The position numbers were made by a program, and so were the translations under genes. A stretch of DNA of 44,480 nucleotides, filler included, from Jimgerdemannia flammicorona (lineage: Eukaryota): the NCBI GenBank assembly GCA_003990765.1. It is 2 parts of 2 records of this genome, joined end to end, with 100 filler letters (N's around TTAATTAATTAA, not from the genome) between each part and the next. Parts side by side here need not be neighbours in the genome. Positions count along the whole stretch, not along the records: positions 1 to 22,196 come from RBNJ01001322.1; positions 22,297 to 44,480 come from RBNJ01001323.1. The stretch is one strand, 5' to 3'. Shown piece by piece: positions 12,977 to 23,304 of this stretch (within the stretch, counting starts at the first letter, position 1; each line of letters starts with the position of its first letter). The notes under the pieces are model-generated. The model worked only from the letters and a program-made list of their open reading frames with translations. It made no database searches and was not told the origin of the DNA.

Positions 12977-14080
12977 ACAGAATTTAGCACAACGCCTTAT
13001 TCCAACTTGCACGGAATTCAGCACCACACCCACATGCCGACCCAGCACCACACCCATATTTGGAACCAGCACGGCAACAACTGTATTCTGACTTACACGA
13101 ATTTAGGACACACGTATTCCGACCCAGCACGATGTCCGTATTTCGACTCACAGCGCAACATCTATATTCTGACAAGGAACTCAGCACACGCCGATCCTGC
13201 CCGACTTACTGTATTCCAACTTACAGGGAATTCGGAACGACACCCACCCATATTCCGACTTCCAGAACGACGTCCATATTCTGACTTACAAGCAATTCAG
13301 CATGTCACCCATATTCCGATCCCGCTCGACCCCCCGTATTCCGACTTCTCGAATTCCAACTTATTGGGAATTCAGAACGACTCCCGTATTCCGACCCAGC
13401 ACGACGTCCATATTCTGACTTACACGGAATTCCGTCTAAGTCCGAATATAGACGTCGTGCTGAATTCTGTGTAAGTCGGAATATAGAAAATCAGAAATAC
13501 CATCGTGCTGGGTTGGAATATGGTGTCGTTCTTAATTCCTTGTACACCGGAATATGGGAAGTCAAAATACAGACTGGATGGCAATATGGGTATCATACTG
13601 AATTCCGTGCAAGTCAGAATATACTGGGTCAGAATAAAGGTGTTGTCCTGAATTCGGAATACAGGCTGGATGAGAATACGGGTGTCATGCTATAAGTCGG
13701 AATGGGCGTCGTGCTGGGTGGAAATATGGGTGTCGTTCATAATTCTCTGTACGGCGGAATTTGGGAAGTCGGAATACAAGCTAGAAGGGAATACAGGTGT
13801 CGTGCTGTAAGTCGGAATGGGCGTCATGCTGGGTCGGAATACGGGTGTCGTTTTAATTCCTTGTATGGCAGAATATTGGAAGTCAGAATACAGGCTGGAT
13901 GGGAATATGGGTGTTGTGCTGAATTCAGCACGACACCCGTTTCCCATCTACCCTGTATTCTGACTTCTCATATTCCGTCGTACAAGGATTTAAAGACGAA
14001 ACCCATTCCGACTTACAGTATGACACCAGCCTGTATTTCGATTTTCCGCCGTACAGGAAACTAGGGACGACACACGTATT
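12977..14080. repeat. Foldback satellite built from TATTCCGACTTACACGGAATTCAGCACGAC / TATTCCGACCCAGCACGAC modules
   Basis: Forward modules run to about 13430, reverse-complement modules from 13432 to 13925, and forward again after the GTGCTGAATTCAGCAC palindrome. Confidence 0.8.
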
Positions 14081-14934
14081 ATGATCCAGTCACGCTACGA
14101 AAATTGGCAGGACACCCTAATTCCCTTTGTCTGTCATCTGTCGTCCATCATCTGTCATCATCGTCATCGTTGGTCCGCACTTGGTCCTCATTCTGTGCTT
14201 AGTCGTCTGTCATCTGTTGTCCATCGTCTGCCGTCATCATCATCACCGGTCTGCGCTTGGTCATCGTTAAACATTATTTCTGCACTTAGTCACCTTTCAT
14301 GTATCGTTTATCGTATGTCATTATCGTCATCACTGGTCTGCGCTTGGTGTTGTCCTGTGCTTAGTCATCGTTCTGGACTTAGTCTTCATTCATGGCCACC
14401 ATCGTTCTGCGTTCATTGCTCATCGTCTATCATCTGTCATCATCTGTCATCTGTCATGTTGTCTTATATTTCATTATTATTTTTATTTCTAGTAATCTTA
14501 TAATTACTTTAGTATTCTATAATAACAAAAAATACAACCCTAATGTACATAATAAAACTATATGCTGATAGAATTAATACATTGTGGATAATCAAACTGA
14601 CTATTAGCCTTAAGTTCTGAATTTTTGTGAGGAAGTACTGAGTTCCAATTGCCTGTTGCAGCAGAGTCCAGATATTGCTTTCAGGTTCTTGTATGAATGA
14701 AAGTGCCATATTTGTATCCCAAGTTGATCAGGCTTGAAATTATTAACAAGTCAGGTCTGAGGGTTTTGTGATAAGAATACTGCTTTATTCTTGTGTTTGG
14801 GGAAAGCAGAGCTGAGGTTTCAATACACTTAGTACAAAGAGTATTTATATATATTTGAGGCCATGACTAAATATGATACACTAGGTATGTCCATATACAG
14901 TTATACTACTTTGGGCAACTATGACTACTAGTCA

Positions 14935-15038
14935 GAAATTCCATAGGAATTTCTATAAGAATTTCCATAGGAATTTCCATAGGAATTTCTATAAGAATTT
15001 CCATAGGAATTTCCATAGGAATTTCTGTCAGAAATTCC
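14935..15038 (+). repeat. 12-bp subterminal tandem repeat (GAATTTCCATAG) of the CMC-like element
   Basis: About 8 copies with C>T and G>A variants; generates the spurious (EIPM)n ORF. Confidence 0.85.
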
Positions 15039-15089
15039 AGTGGCTTTGTAGGTATGTAACGATTCGTTACATCTAAAATATTTGTGATG

Positions 15090-15260
15090 TGCCCCAGCGT
15101 TTTCGGTTCTTCACCAGGACCTGGTCGTGGATTATCTAGGAGGAGCACAAAATAAACAAACATTTCACGTCCATCACAAAGCCAAGGCGCGATATATCAA
15201 CTTCAGGAGGTGTGCGGGACCGACGTTTTAAGCACGAAGTCAGGAGAATTTGTTACCCAT
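15090..15260 (-). pseudogene. Array family member 4, 5' half (MGNKFS then TGA)
   Basis: Homologous to 5452-5604 and resumes exactly at the TSD. Confidence 0.75.
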
Positions 15261-17223
15261 GTTAGATTCTGTGAAAATGTGGAATCTATTGGGGGGTTTT
15301 TATTATTATTATTACAAACCAGACCAAGAGGTGTTGTAGTTATTGGATTGGGCTTTGTAACCCCCTATATTTTCTATGATTTAGGGTATATTCCAGAACG
15401 TCGACGATTTAGCCATTAAATTCGGTATATGAAATTCCAATAAACAAGATATCAAATAGCACAGCGAAGAGTGCTTCTTTCCTCCTGAACAATAGTATGT
15501 CGAGCGTTTGCAACTTCAAAGAGAAAATAGAACGGATGAAAAAACTCATGACGTTCTATAGTTCAGCCTCCTCCTTTAATTGCGGAAGCAAAAAGATAAC
15601 CCAAGGACAAAATAAAACCATGACGTAAGAAAAAATCAGGACCGAGAAAGAATATCACATATATACACTCGGAGAATCAGTAGGTAGTAGTGTTCCCGAC
15701 CCGACTTGACCCGTGAGTGGGGGGATATTTGATCAAACTTCAAACTTGGGCTTGGTTGGCCCGATTTGTCGATTTGATTTGACAGCAACCAAACTGGAGG
15801 AGCGAGTCAACCCAAAATGCCATGCTATACAAAAGAATTTTCATTCAAGAGCTCCTGCACAAGAAACGTTGTATAATACTGATACAAGACAAGAATACTG
15901 CAAGTTTGTATCCATAAATAAAGGCCTTGTACAACACTCGAGAACTCAGATTTTAGTTACATATGCAATTGAAACAACAGGTTGTCGTCATTTTGCTCTG
16001 TCATCGTCATTTCAAACCATCATCATTATCTTGTCATCATTGTCATTCGGCATCGTATTTCAGTCCATCGTCATCGTTTTGCAGTTCAGCATTATTATTA
16101 TTATTATTATTATTATTCGCAGTCTGACCCCGTTATTTTGCAGTCTGTCGTCATCGTTTTGCAGTCTATCGTCATCGTTTAACAGATCTTCGTTGTTTTG
16201 CAACTTCATGATGGTCATTTCAGCCCGTCGTCGTCATTGTTTTGAGTCCATCGTCGCCGTTTTGCAGTCCGTCATTAGGCGTCGGTGTTTAATGTCCATT
16301 GCGTACGCCACGTAACTTTTCCTCCCCCTTTGGTAATTATTTCCACATGCCACAGAGCATAGAAATCCTGCGGAGTTTCATAACGACGTATCCTTTTTTC
16401 CGTTTACGATTCGCAACAAGACTGCCAACAAGAATAAAAAAGAAATATACAGTATATGGCGTTGACTTCATTTTTCATAATTTTATGGCTCTCCGTATCT
16501 CATCATGAAATTCGAACATGGTAAGTCACATAGCCTATGAATGTATACTGTTCTTTCACCATGGCCCTTGAGTCCGTGGCGATGCATTCCTGAAAGAAAA
16601 AAAGGTAACGAAACCGGCGTCTGGCCATTGTGTTTTGCATGAACTCAGACGGTAAAGTTCCAACCGTTCGCGCTACCTCAAAAAAATGCCGAGTACTAAT
16701 TTACAGCGATGGTTGCATAGTGCAATATCTACCACAGGAATGACATTAATTGACACCTGAAGACTCAAGTGGAAGATATTAGCAAGGGAAAGTCGAAGGG
16801 TATGGATGTAGGCATAAGCATGAAATGAGAATAATGTATATTGTTCGTAATGTTCTTGCTTCTTTAAACTAATCATGCCGCTAGCTAATTAACTTGTTGG
16901 AATGCATGTGTTTCATAAATAAAATGTCTATGAATCCGAGGCGAAATCGAATCAAGTGCATATTTGCGGCGTATAACAAAGGTGAGCTTATTCGACATCT
17001 CCTTTCGGTTCCCACTGTCCGCTTTTCGGACTTATAATAAACGAACATTGCGTTCGTTGCATATATGAAACCCTAAAAGGAAATATTAGCATATGAACAT
17101 AAGCATAGGCAAGAAATGAATAAAAGTAGTGCAAATTGTTCGTAATGCTCTTTCTACTTTTAAACGAATCATGACAACAGCTAATTAACTTGTTATATAT
17201 CGCATGTTTCATAAATAAATTGT

Positions 17224-17745
17224 CTATTCGAGGTCGTGGAATTGAAGCTGAATCCGAATCAAGCGCATGTTGGGGTCTTTCGAAGGCCAGTACACCGAGG
17301 GATTGGTCTTTGTAATGAAGTTGTCCACGCTGATCCGGCCCCTATTCACCTTCTTCACGAGCTCCTGCTTGAAGCTTTCGAATTCCGTTCCAGTCTTTTC
17401 GAAGCGCTCATCGACGAAATCCCAGAAGATTTCCCAGTTCAGGGGGTCGTAGGCGCTGCGCTCGACGTTTTTCAATATCTCTTTTCGATTCTTGCTGTTG
17501 GCAGGATCTTTTGCCGTGGCCGCCACTAGTCTCTCCGGTTTCGAGTTAGGGAACCGCAAGTCAAGCACCACGAAGGTGCCCCAGCGTTTTTTCTTCACTA
17601 GGACGGCGTCGTGCATCACCTGAATGAAGCGCGCTATGTGCACTCCATACAGCTCCATCGTAGGGCTAAGGTGGAATGCCTCATCTTCAGGAAATGTGCG
17701 GCACCGACTTTTTGCGGCACCACGGCAGGAGAATATGTTGCCCAT
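17224..17745 (-). CDS. Hypothetical 173-aa protein with N-myristoylation motif and adjacent Cys (MGNIFSC); array family member 5, intact
   Basis: Intact intronless ORF, colinear paralog of 5113-5604. Confidence 0.75.
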   Translation of the reverse strand: MGNIFSCRGAAKSRCRTFPEDEAFHLSPTMELYGVHIARFIQVMHDAVLVKKKRWGTFVVLDLRFPNSKPERLVAATAKDPANSKNRKEILKNVERSAYDPLNWEIFWDFVDERFEKTGTEFESFKQELVKKVNRGRISVDNFITKTNPSVYWPSKDPNMRLIRIQLQFHDLE

Positions 17746-19740
17746 ATTGGATTCGGTAAAATTGTGGAATCTAAATTTTTAATTACAGAGCAGTGAGGGC
17801 TTGTATAGTAATTGGATCGGGCTGTCAAATTCTACGATATTATGTAGATATTCTAGATTATGGGCGCTTCAGCCATATAAATTAAAATTCAAACAGCACA
17901 GCGGAGGGTATTTCATTCCTCTAAACGATAGTAGGCCGACCGTTTACAACTCCAAAGAGAAAATAAAACGAATGAGTTCATGCATGACGATCTATAGTGC
18001 AGTTTGCTCCTTTAATCGCTATGGTGACCCTTTGAAAAATAGGAGCCAAAAAAGATAGCACAAGAAAAAAATAGAACTATGAGGTCAAGGAAAAGTTGGG
18101 AGAACTGAGTCCACTTAGACGTATACTCAGAGAACAAGTATATATATTAGTATTCCGACTTGCCCCGGTGCTTATGATCGACCATTCGCGGAGTTACATC
18201 TCGATTTGATTCTCAGGTTGCCCAATTTCTCGATGTGCCGATTTGACAAGGTCGCGTCAACCCCAAACGCCGGAATTGTACGTCATTTGCAACGGAATAT
18301 TCATGCACTAGCTAATTTATATAAGACATTGTACAACACTGCGATTTTAGTTACAGATGCAATCGAAACAACAGATGTAAAGAAACATGACTTGGAGCAA
18401 GTCGCAAACCATTGTCGTCATTGCTCTGTCACCGTTGAGCGGCCTCCCAACGGACGATGAGATCGGCCCTACGCCCTTCACTGTAAAATCATGAGCCTGG
18501 TAGAGGGTAACGAGCTGGTCGCGTGTCGGAGGGCTTGAAGTTCGGATAGGGAGGAGATCGTCGGTCGACGTGAGGTGGGTCGGGCATGGGGGCAGGAACT
18601 GGAGCGGGCAATGGAGGGGTAGGCAAACGGCCGCGTAGCCAGCGGGTAGGAGACATAGGTAAATGTGCGAAGACTCTAGGTCATGAATCGGAAGGTTACG
18701 AGTGGATTGGGCTTCATTAACGAGGTTGACATATTTATCTGTGAATCAAAGAATGGAGCGCCAATGAATTTCGTTGCGTGGAACGCTGTATATGTGGAAA
18801 TCTGCGACCTGTCTCGCGATAAAGTGAGACAAGCGACTGGTGTGTGAAGAGTGACAACGATGGCTGGTGAAGAGTGACAACGATGGCTGGTGACGGACTG
18901 CAAAAGGATGATAACAAACTGAAAATGACGAGGGCACAACAATGATGGACTGCAAAAGGATGATAACAAACTGAAAAATGACGAGGGCTGCACAACAATG
19001 ATGGACTGCAAAACGATGACGACGGACTGCAAAACGATGACGACGGACTGCAAAAGGATGAAAAATGACGAGGGCTGCACAAGAATGATGACGGACTGCA
19101 AAACGACGCACAAAATGATGACAGACTGAAATGACGAGACGGACTGCAAAATGATGACGACCGACTGAAATGACAGACTGCAAAACTATGACAACCTACA
19201 AACCGATTACAATGGACTGTAAAAACAGCGCCAGAACAATGCTAAGCTGAAAAATTACTGCAAAGCGAAGACGGACTGCAAGACAATACCGAACGACGAC
19301 GGAAGGCAAAACGATGATGACGGTTTGAAATGCAATTCCCCGGGTCCCTAACCTCCACGCCCTGAGGGGCCGGCGACATTGCCCTCATCAGACGATTCCT
19401 TCCCATCCTCTTCACCCGCCTCCAGGCATTTGCCCCACAATCTATTATACCCCTACCCGCACCAACAGCTCTTGCCTCGCCACCCTTCATATCCGAATCT
19501 GCACCAACGGCTCTCAGCTCCGCAACCCTTCATACCGGCAGCCTCTTCTTCCCTCGGCTTCACATCATCTTCCTCTTGGATTGCTACCTTCAACTCCCCC
19601 AGCGCCGCCGATATCGTCAGCCAGCCTAATGTCCCTAACCCTTCCGTCCCCCCTCGCCTAATGGTCAGTCTTCGTCGTCTTCTCCTTACATCTCTGACAC
19701 AGTACTTCGCCATAGTTGGGTCACTGGCCGAGTGGTTAGG

Positions 19741-19833
19741 GAACCCCTATTAACCGTTTTCACCAGCTCCAACTTGAATCTTTCGAACTCCACCTCGGTC
19801 TGGCCAAACCGGTTTTCGATGAAGTCCAAGAAG
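19741..19833 (-). pseudogene. Internal fragment of array family member 6
   Basis: CCCTATTAACC...AGCTCCAACTTGAA...GATGAAGTCCAAGAAG matches 17340-17430 and is truncated by insertions on both sides. Confidence 0.6.
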
Positions 19834-19838
19834 GTTAG

Positions 19839-21370
19839 TGTGACTACTATGATGTCACTGGCTGAAGAGGGCTGAAATTAGTGCAAAATCATTATGATCT
19901 CACTAATATTCTTGGTTTTTCTAGCATGAAGCCTTACAGGTGACATGAATCCAATGATGTCAATTTGATGACATCATTGTTTGTGATATTGGAATGTAAT
20001 TTCATTACATTATCTCCCTTTTAAGATTTAATGTCTTTATTAAATAGTTTTATAGGATTTTTCTTTAAAACAAAGAATTCTTGATATAATAATTTTTATC
20101 TCTTTCTCTTTTAAGGTTTTTGTAGAGTATTCTCAGGGTTTGGCACTCAGCTTTACTATATAATTAAGAAGTCTTAATTTAGTTCTTAAGCTGATTTCTC
20201 AAATTTTTCTTAACTTTTTATAGAAAGTTAGTTATACTATTAAGATATTGAGCTTTTGGTCTACAGACTGAGAGTTCAACCTATTCTAAGTTCTTCTGAT
20301 AAAGATTTATCATACTAAATGCTAGGTACATTTTGATATTCCAGAAGTTTCTGGCTTCTTTTTATTATACTACTAGGTATAGACTAGATATAAGTTAAAG
20401 TTAGAGTTAACTATTGCAAAAAAAAAAAAAAAAATAGAGCTAACTATTGCTTTAGACTATATTTATAAGTGCTAATCTATACTAGGTTAGTCATCTGGTA
20501 GGCTGTATCAGAATATGAACACTCTGTCTAGACTTCTGAATGTAGAATTCATTAATAGTATAGAGAATTATACTCTTTTTATTTCAGTCTTTATTACTAT
20601 TCTTATGATCAATCTTTTTAAATTACTAGTCTTGGCTTATAAAAATTTTCTTGTGACTTTTTCTGTATTTACTTGTTTTATCCTAGCAATCAGTATCTTA
20701 TAATATAGTAGGTAATAGATTAATCTCAGAACTATAAGTTAAAGGTTTAACTTCCTCAAATTCAGTATATTATATATATTCTTTAGCCCACATTATCTGG
20801 ATATATTATATTTATTCATTCTTCTGAACTAGAAGATATGAGTGATATATCAGCAAAATTACAGTTTTCTTTCTTATTATAATAAATACTCTAAGATCTT
20901 TTCTTTAATATTGGTAAGATTTCTTTCTAGCTCTTAGATAGAATCATATAAAGAATAGCCTTCTCATTTTACTAAATATTCTAAAGAGATTTCTTGGCCC
21001 CTTTTTATAACTTAGCAGTTCTACAATATATTTTAATTATCCTTCAAATATTATAGATAATAGCAGAAGTATTTTCCAATTAGAAATTTGATTTAGAGTA
21101 TATTACTTGAGTAGTGAGATATGAAATATATTATATATTTTCATATCTTGAGAGAGTTCTAATTGGTATAATATATTAGATATTATTTTTTTAACTAAAT
21201 AGGGTCTAATATATTTTAGATATAGACTTTGTTTAGAACATCTAGTCTGATTTGCTATAGTTATATTAGAGGCTTCTAAGAGAACTAAGTCTCCTACTTT
21301 AAAAAGAACTTCTCTTCTATATTAGTTGATATATTTGATTTGTTGCTCCTGAGCCTTCTGTAATTCTTTT
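19839..21370 (-). mobile_element. Hypermutated Ty3/gypsy chromovirus relic (integrase C-terminus, chromodomain, PPT, putative 3' LTR)
   Basis: Minus-strand translation gives FKVGDLVLL...RPYLV...YQLEL...FHISLLK (GPY/F module, about 21105-21360) and EYLVK*EGY...SI*ELERNL (chromodomain, about 20915-20985). The PPT AAAAGGGAGATAA precedes TGTAATG at 20009; putative LTR 19839-20009 has TG...CA ends. Confidence 0.8.
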
Positions 21371-22196
21371 TGTACTAACTATTATAATGGTGACCTCAGA
21401 ATGATGATATCATTACAGGAGACAGTCTTTTCTTATAAGCTACTAGATCAAAGTATAAGAAGATCATATAGTATGACTCACCCAGACTACAAAATGAGTA
21501 ATAATAATCAACCATGAGTTATTATGACCATAAAATAGATATCTTGAGGAATATAAAAGAAGAATCAAGAAACTACAGTAGCAGCAACTCAAACAAGACT
21601 TACAGAAATAGTTCAAAAGACTTACTATAAATAAAAATGCCTACCACTCACCAAACCTCAAGGTCTAGGAATCACCAAGACCCCTCAGTCTAGGAAAGGA
21701 TATTCCAAGACATCAGAAGAGCCATGAGAACCTGCATAAGAAGGACTTCTAGCCTCAACCTGAACACTAGTGACTCTTATCACTATATCTTCTACTATTG
21801 TAAAATGGAAACAAGAATCACTATTACTACTGAATATCTCTAGATATGGCAGAAATATGAAATAGGAAACCTTCTCTGCTGGGAATTCTCTCAGACCAGT
21901 CTCCAAGAGATACAAGATACCACTCCTATGGATATATATAAAATAAGGATAGTCAAGAAGATTCATCAGGTCTTCAGACATGTACTATGGTCAATCTCAA
22001 ACTTAGAGTATATTAGAATCTCAGACTTCAAGAAATTGTCAGCTTACTATACCAATACACTGGAGGCCATAGTGGCCACAGAAGCCCAGTCCACTATCAC
22101 TCTCAATAGTGATAAAGTAGAAGAAATTCCATCCTTCAGAACAATCCAGACCAATTTCTATAAGAATTGATCTCTTTTTTTTTTTTTTTTTTTTTT

Positions 22197-22296
22197 NNNN
22201 NNNNNNNNNNNNNNNNNNNNNNNNNNNNNNNNNNNNNNNNTTAATTAATTAANNNNNNNNNNNNNNNNNNNNNNNNNNNNNNNNNNNNNNNNNNNN
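22197..22296. other. Artificial assembly joint (44 N + TTAATTAATTAA + 44 N)
   Basis: Exactly 100 bp, with a six-frame stop linker between two symmetrical N runs. Confidence 0.95.
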
Positions 22297-23304
22297 AAAA
22301 AAAAAAAATACAATTGGTATAATAAAAATATACAATTGGTATATAATAAAATATAAATATATATATATATATATATAGCAAAAATATAAAAACATATAGT
22401 ATAATTATAATTTACATACAAATTGTGGCTTAGTACACTCACTTTGTAGTTTAGTACACTCCTAAACAACAGTTTTATGCATGACACATATTTTGAGGAA
22501 TGTGTCATTATTCCTTCAGAACTCTAGCTATATTGTCTACAGATATCCCTTATACTCTGGCTACTTGATTTGGAGTTAAACGTGATGTTATATTATAAAT
22601 TCTTCTTGCCCAAGTAAGAATCTTGTCTTTGTTCCGTAAATGTAGTGTAGATAGCTCTTCACAGAATTTCCTTCCAACTGTTATTTCTTTAGAATGCTGA
22701 GTAGCTAAATTGTCATCTTGCTCATCAGTTCAAAGTTTTTTTCCAAGCAAATGTCATGTACATAAAATTTCACCAGTCTGGGAACCATTATTGACTTAGT
22801 ATACTAGGTCTTGATAATTTCCAATAGGATCTTCTTCTTGTGGCTCAATTTGGTTTTGGGCCTTTTGAAGGGCTGCTCCAATATCTTGAGGGGTCACCAT
22901 TACTGTTATAATCTTTTGTTTAGTTGTCTGCTTTCTCTTCTTGATGGCAGCTCGATGAGGTGGTGGTCTCTCTTGTGATGCAGTAGGAGAAGGAGAGAAT
23001 TCAGTAATTCCAGTACAGAACATTGGACCTTTTCATGGAATATGAATTTCAGACCATATTGAGCTGCGAAGATGTACTTGTATAAGATCTAAGGCAATTT
23101 TGACCTTGTTTGGAAAGTCAGAGCAGTTGAGTCACTGCTCTGTCTGCTTCATCATTTTGAGTAATCTCCTACCTTTGTTTATACAGATAGCTACTTTAAG
23201 ACAGTGACTGTCCTTGATTGAAGGCTGCCCATGCCATCAAGAACAGGTTGAAGATTACAAATAGCCAATATTTTTCCGACTCAATGCTCTTTTCCAACTT
23301 CCTT

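Larger units (their letters stand above)
11903..15089. mobile_element. Non-autonomous CMC (CACTA/EnSpm-Mirage-Chapaev)-like element, 3187 bp
   Basis: Termini CATCACGAAAATTTT and (reverse complement) CATCACAAATATTTT. 2-bp TG TSD at 11901-11902 and 15090-15091. Removing it restores GAAGCTGCCCCAG as in intact copy 1. Subterminal tandem repeats are present. Confidence 0.8.
3785..19835 (-). repeat. Degenerate tandem array of about six ~2-2.6 kb units, each with an MGNxxS small-protein gene and a 21-bp minisatellite
   Basis: Recurrent blocks in the same order: AGAATATTCATACAAGAGC-like (3810, 6376, 8596, 15834, 18294); CTCAAGTGGAAGATATT-like (4949, 7442, 11000, 16764); GCCAAAAAGA (6204, 8270, 18045); ACCCGACTTGACCC-like (5956, 8391, 15699); gene copies listed separately. 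Confidence 0.85.

Noticed and set aside
12984..14064. ORFs inside the foldback satellite
   Set aside because: Repeat-derived, with no domain and no consistent frame
18427..18856. Solo LTR with TGTCAC...GTGACA ends
   Set aside because: No TSD, and the left TGTC belongs to the host unit; better explained by the inversion
22500..23280. Degenerate minus-strand coding relic
   Set aside because: Coding-like fragments with stops but no motif I can assign
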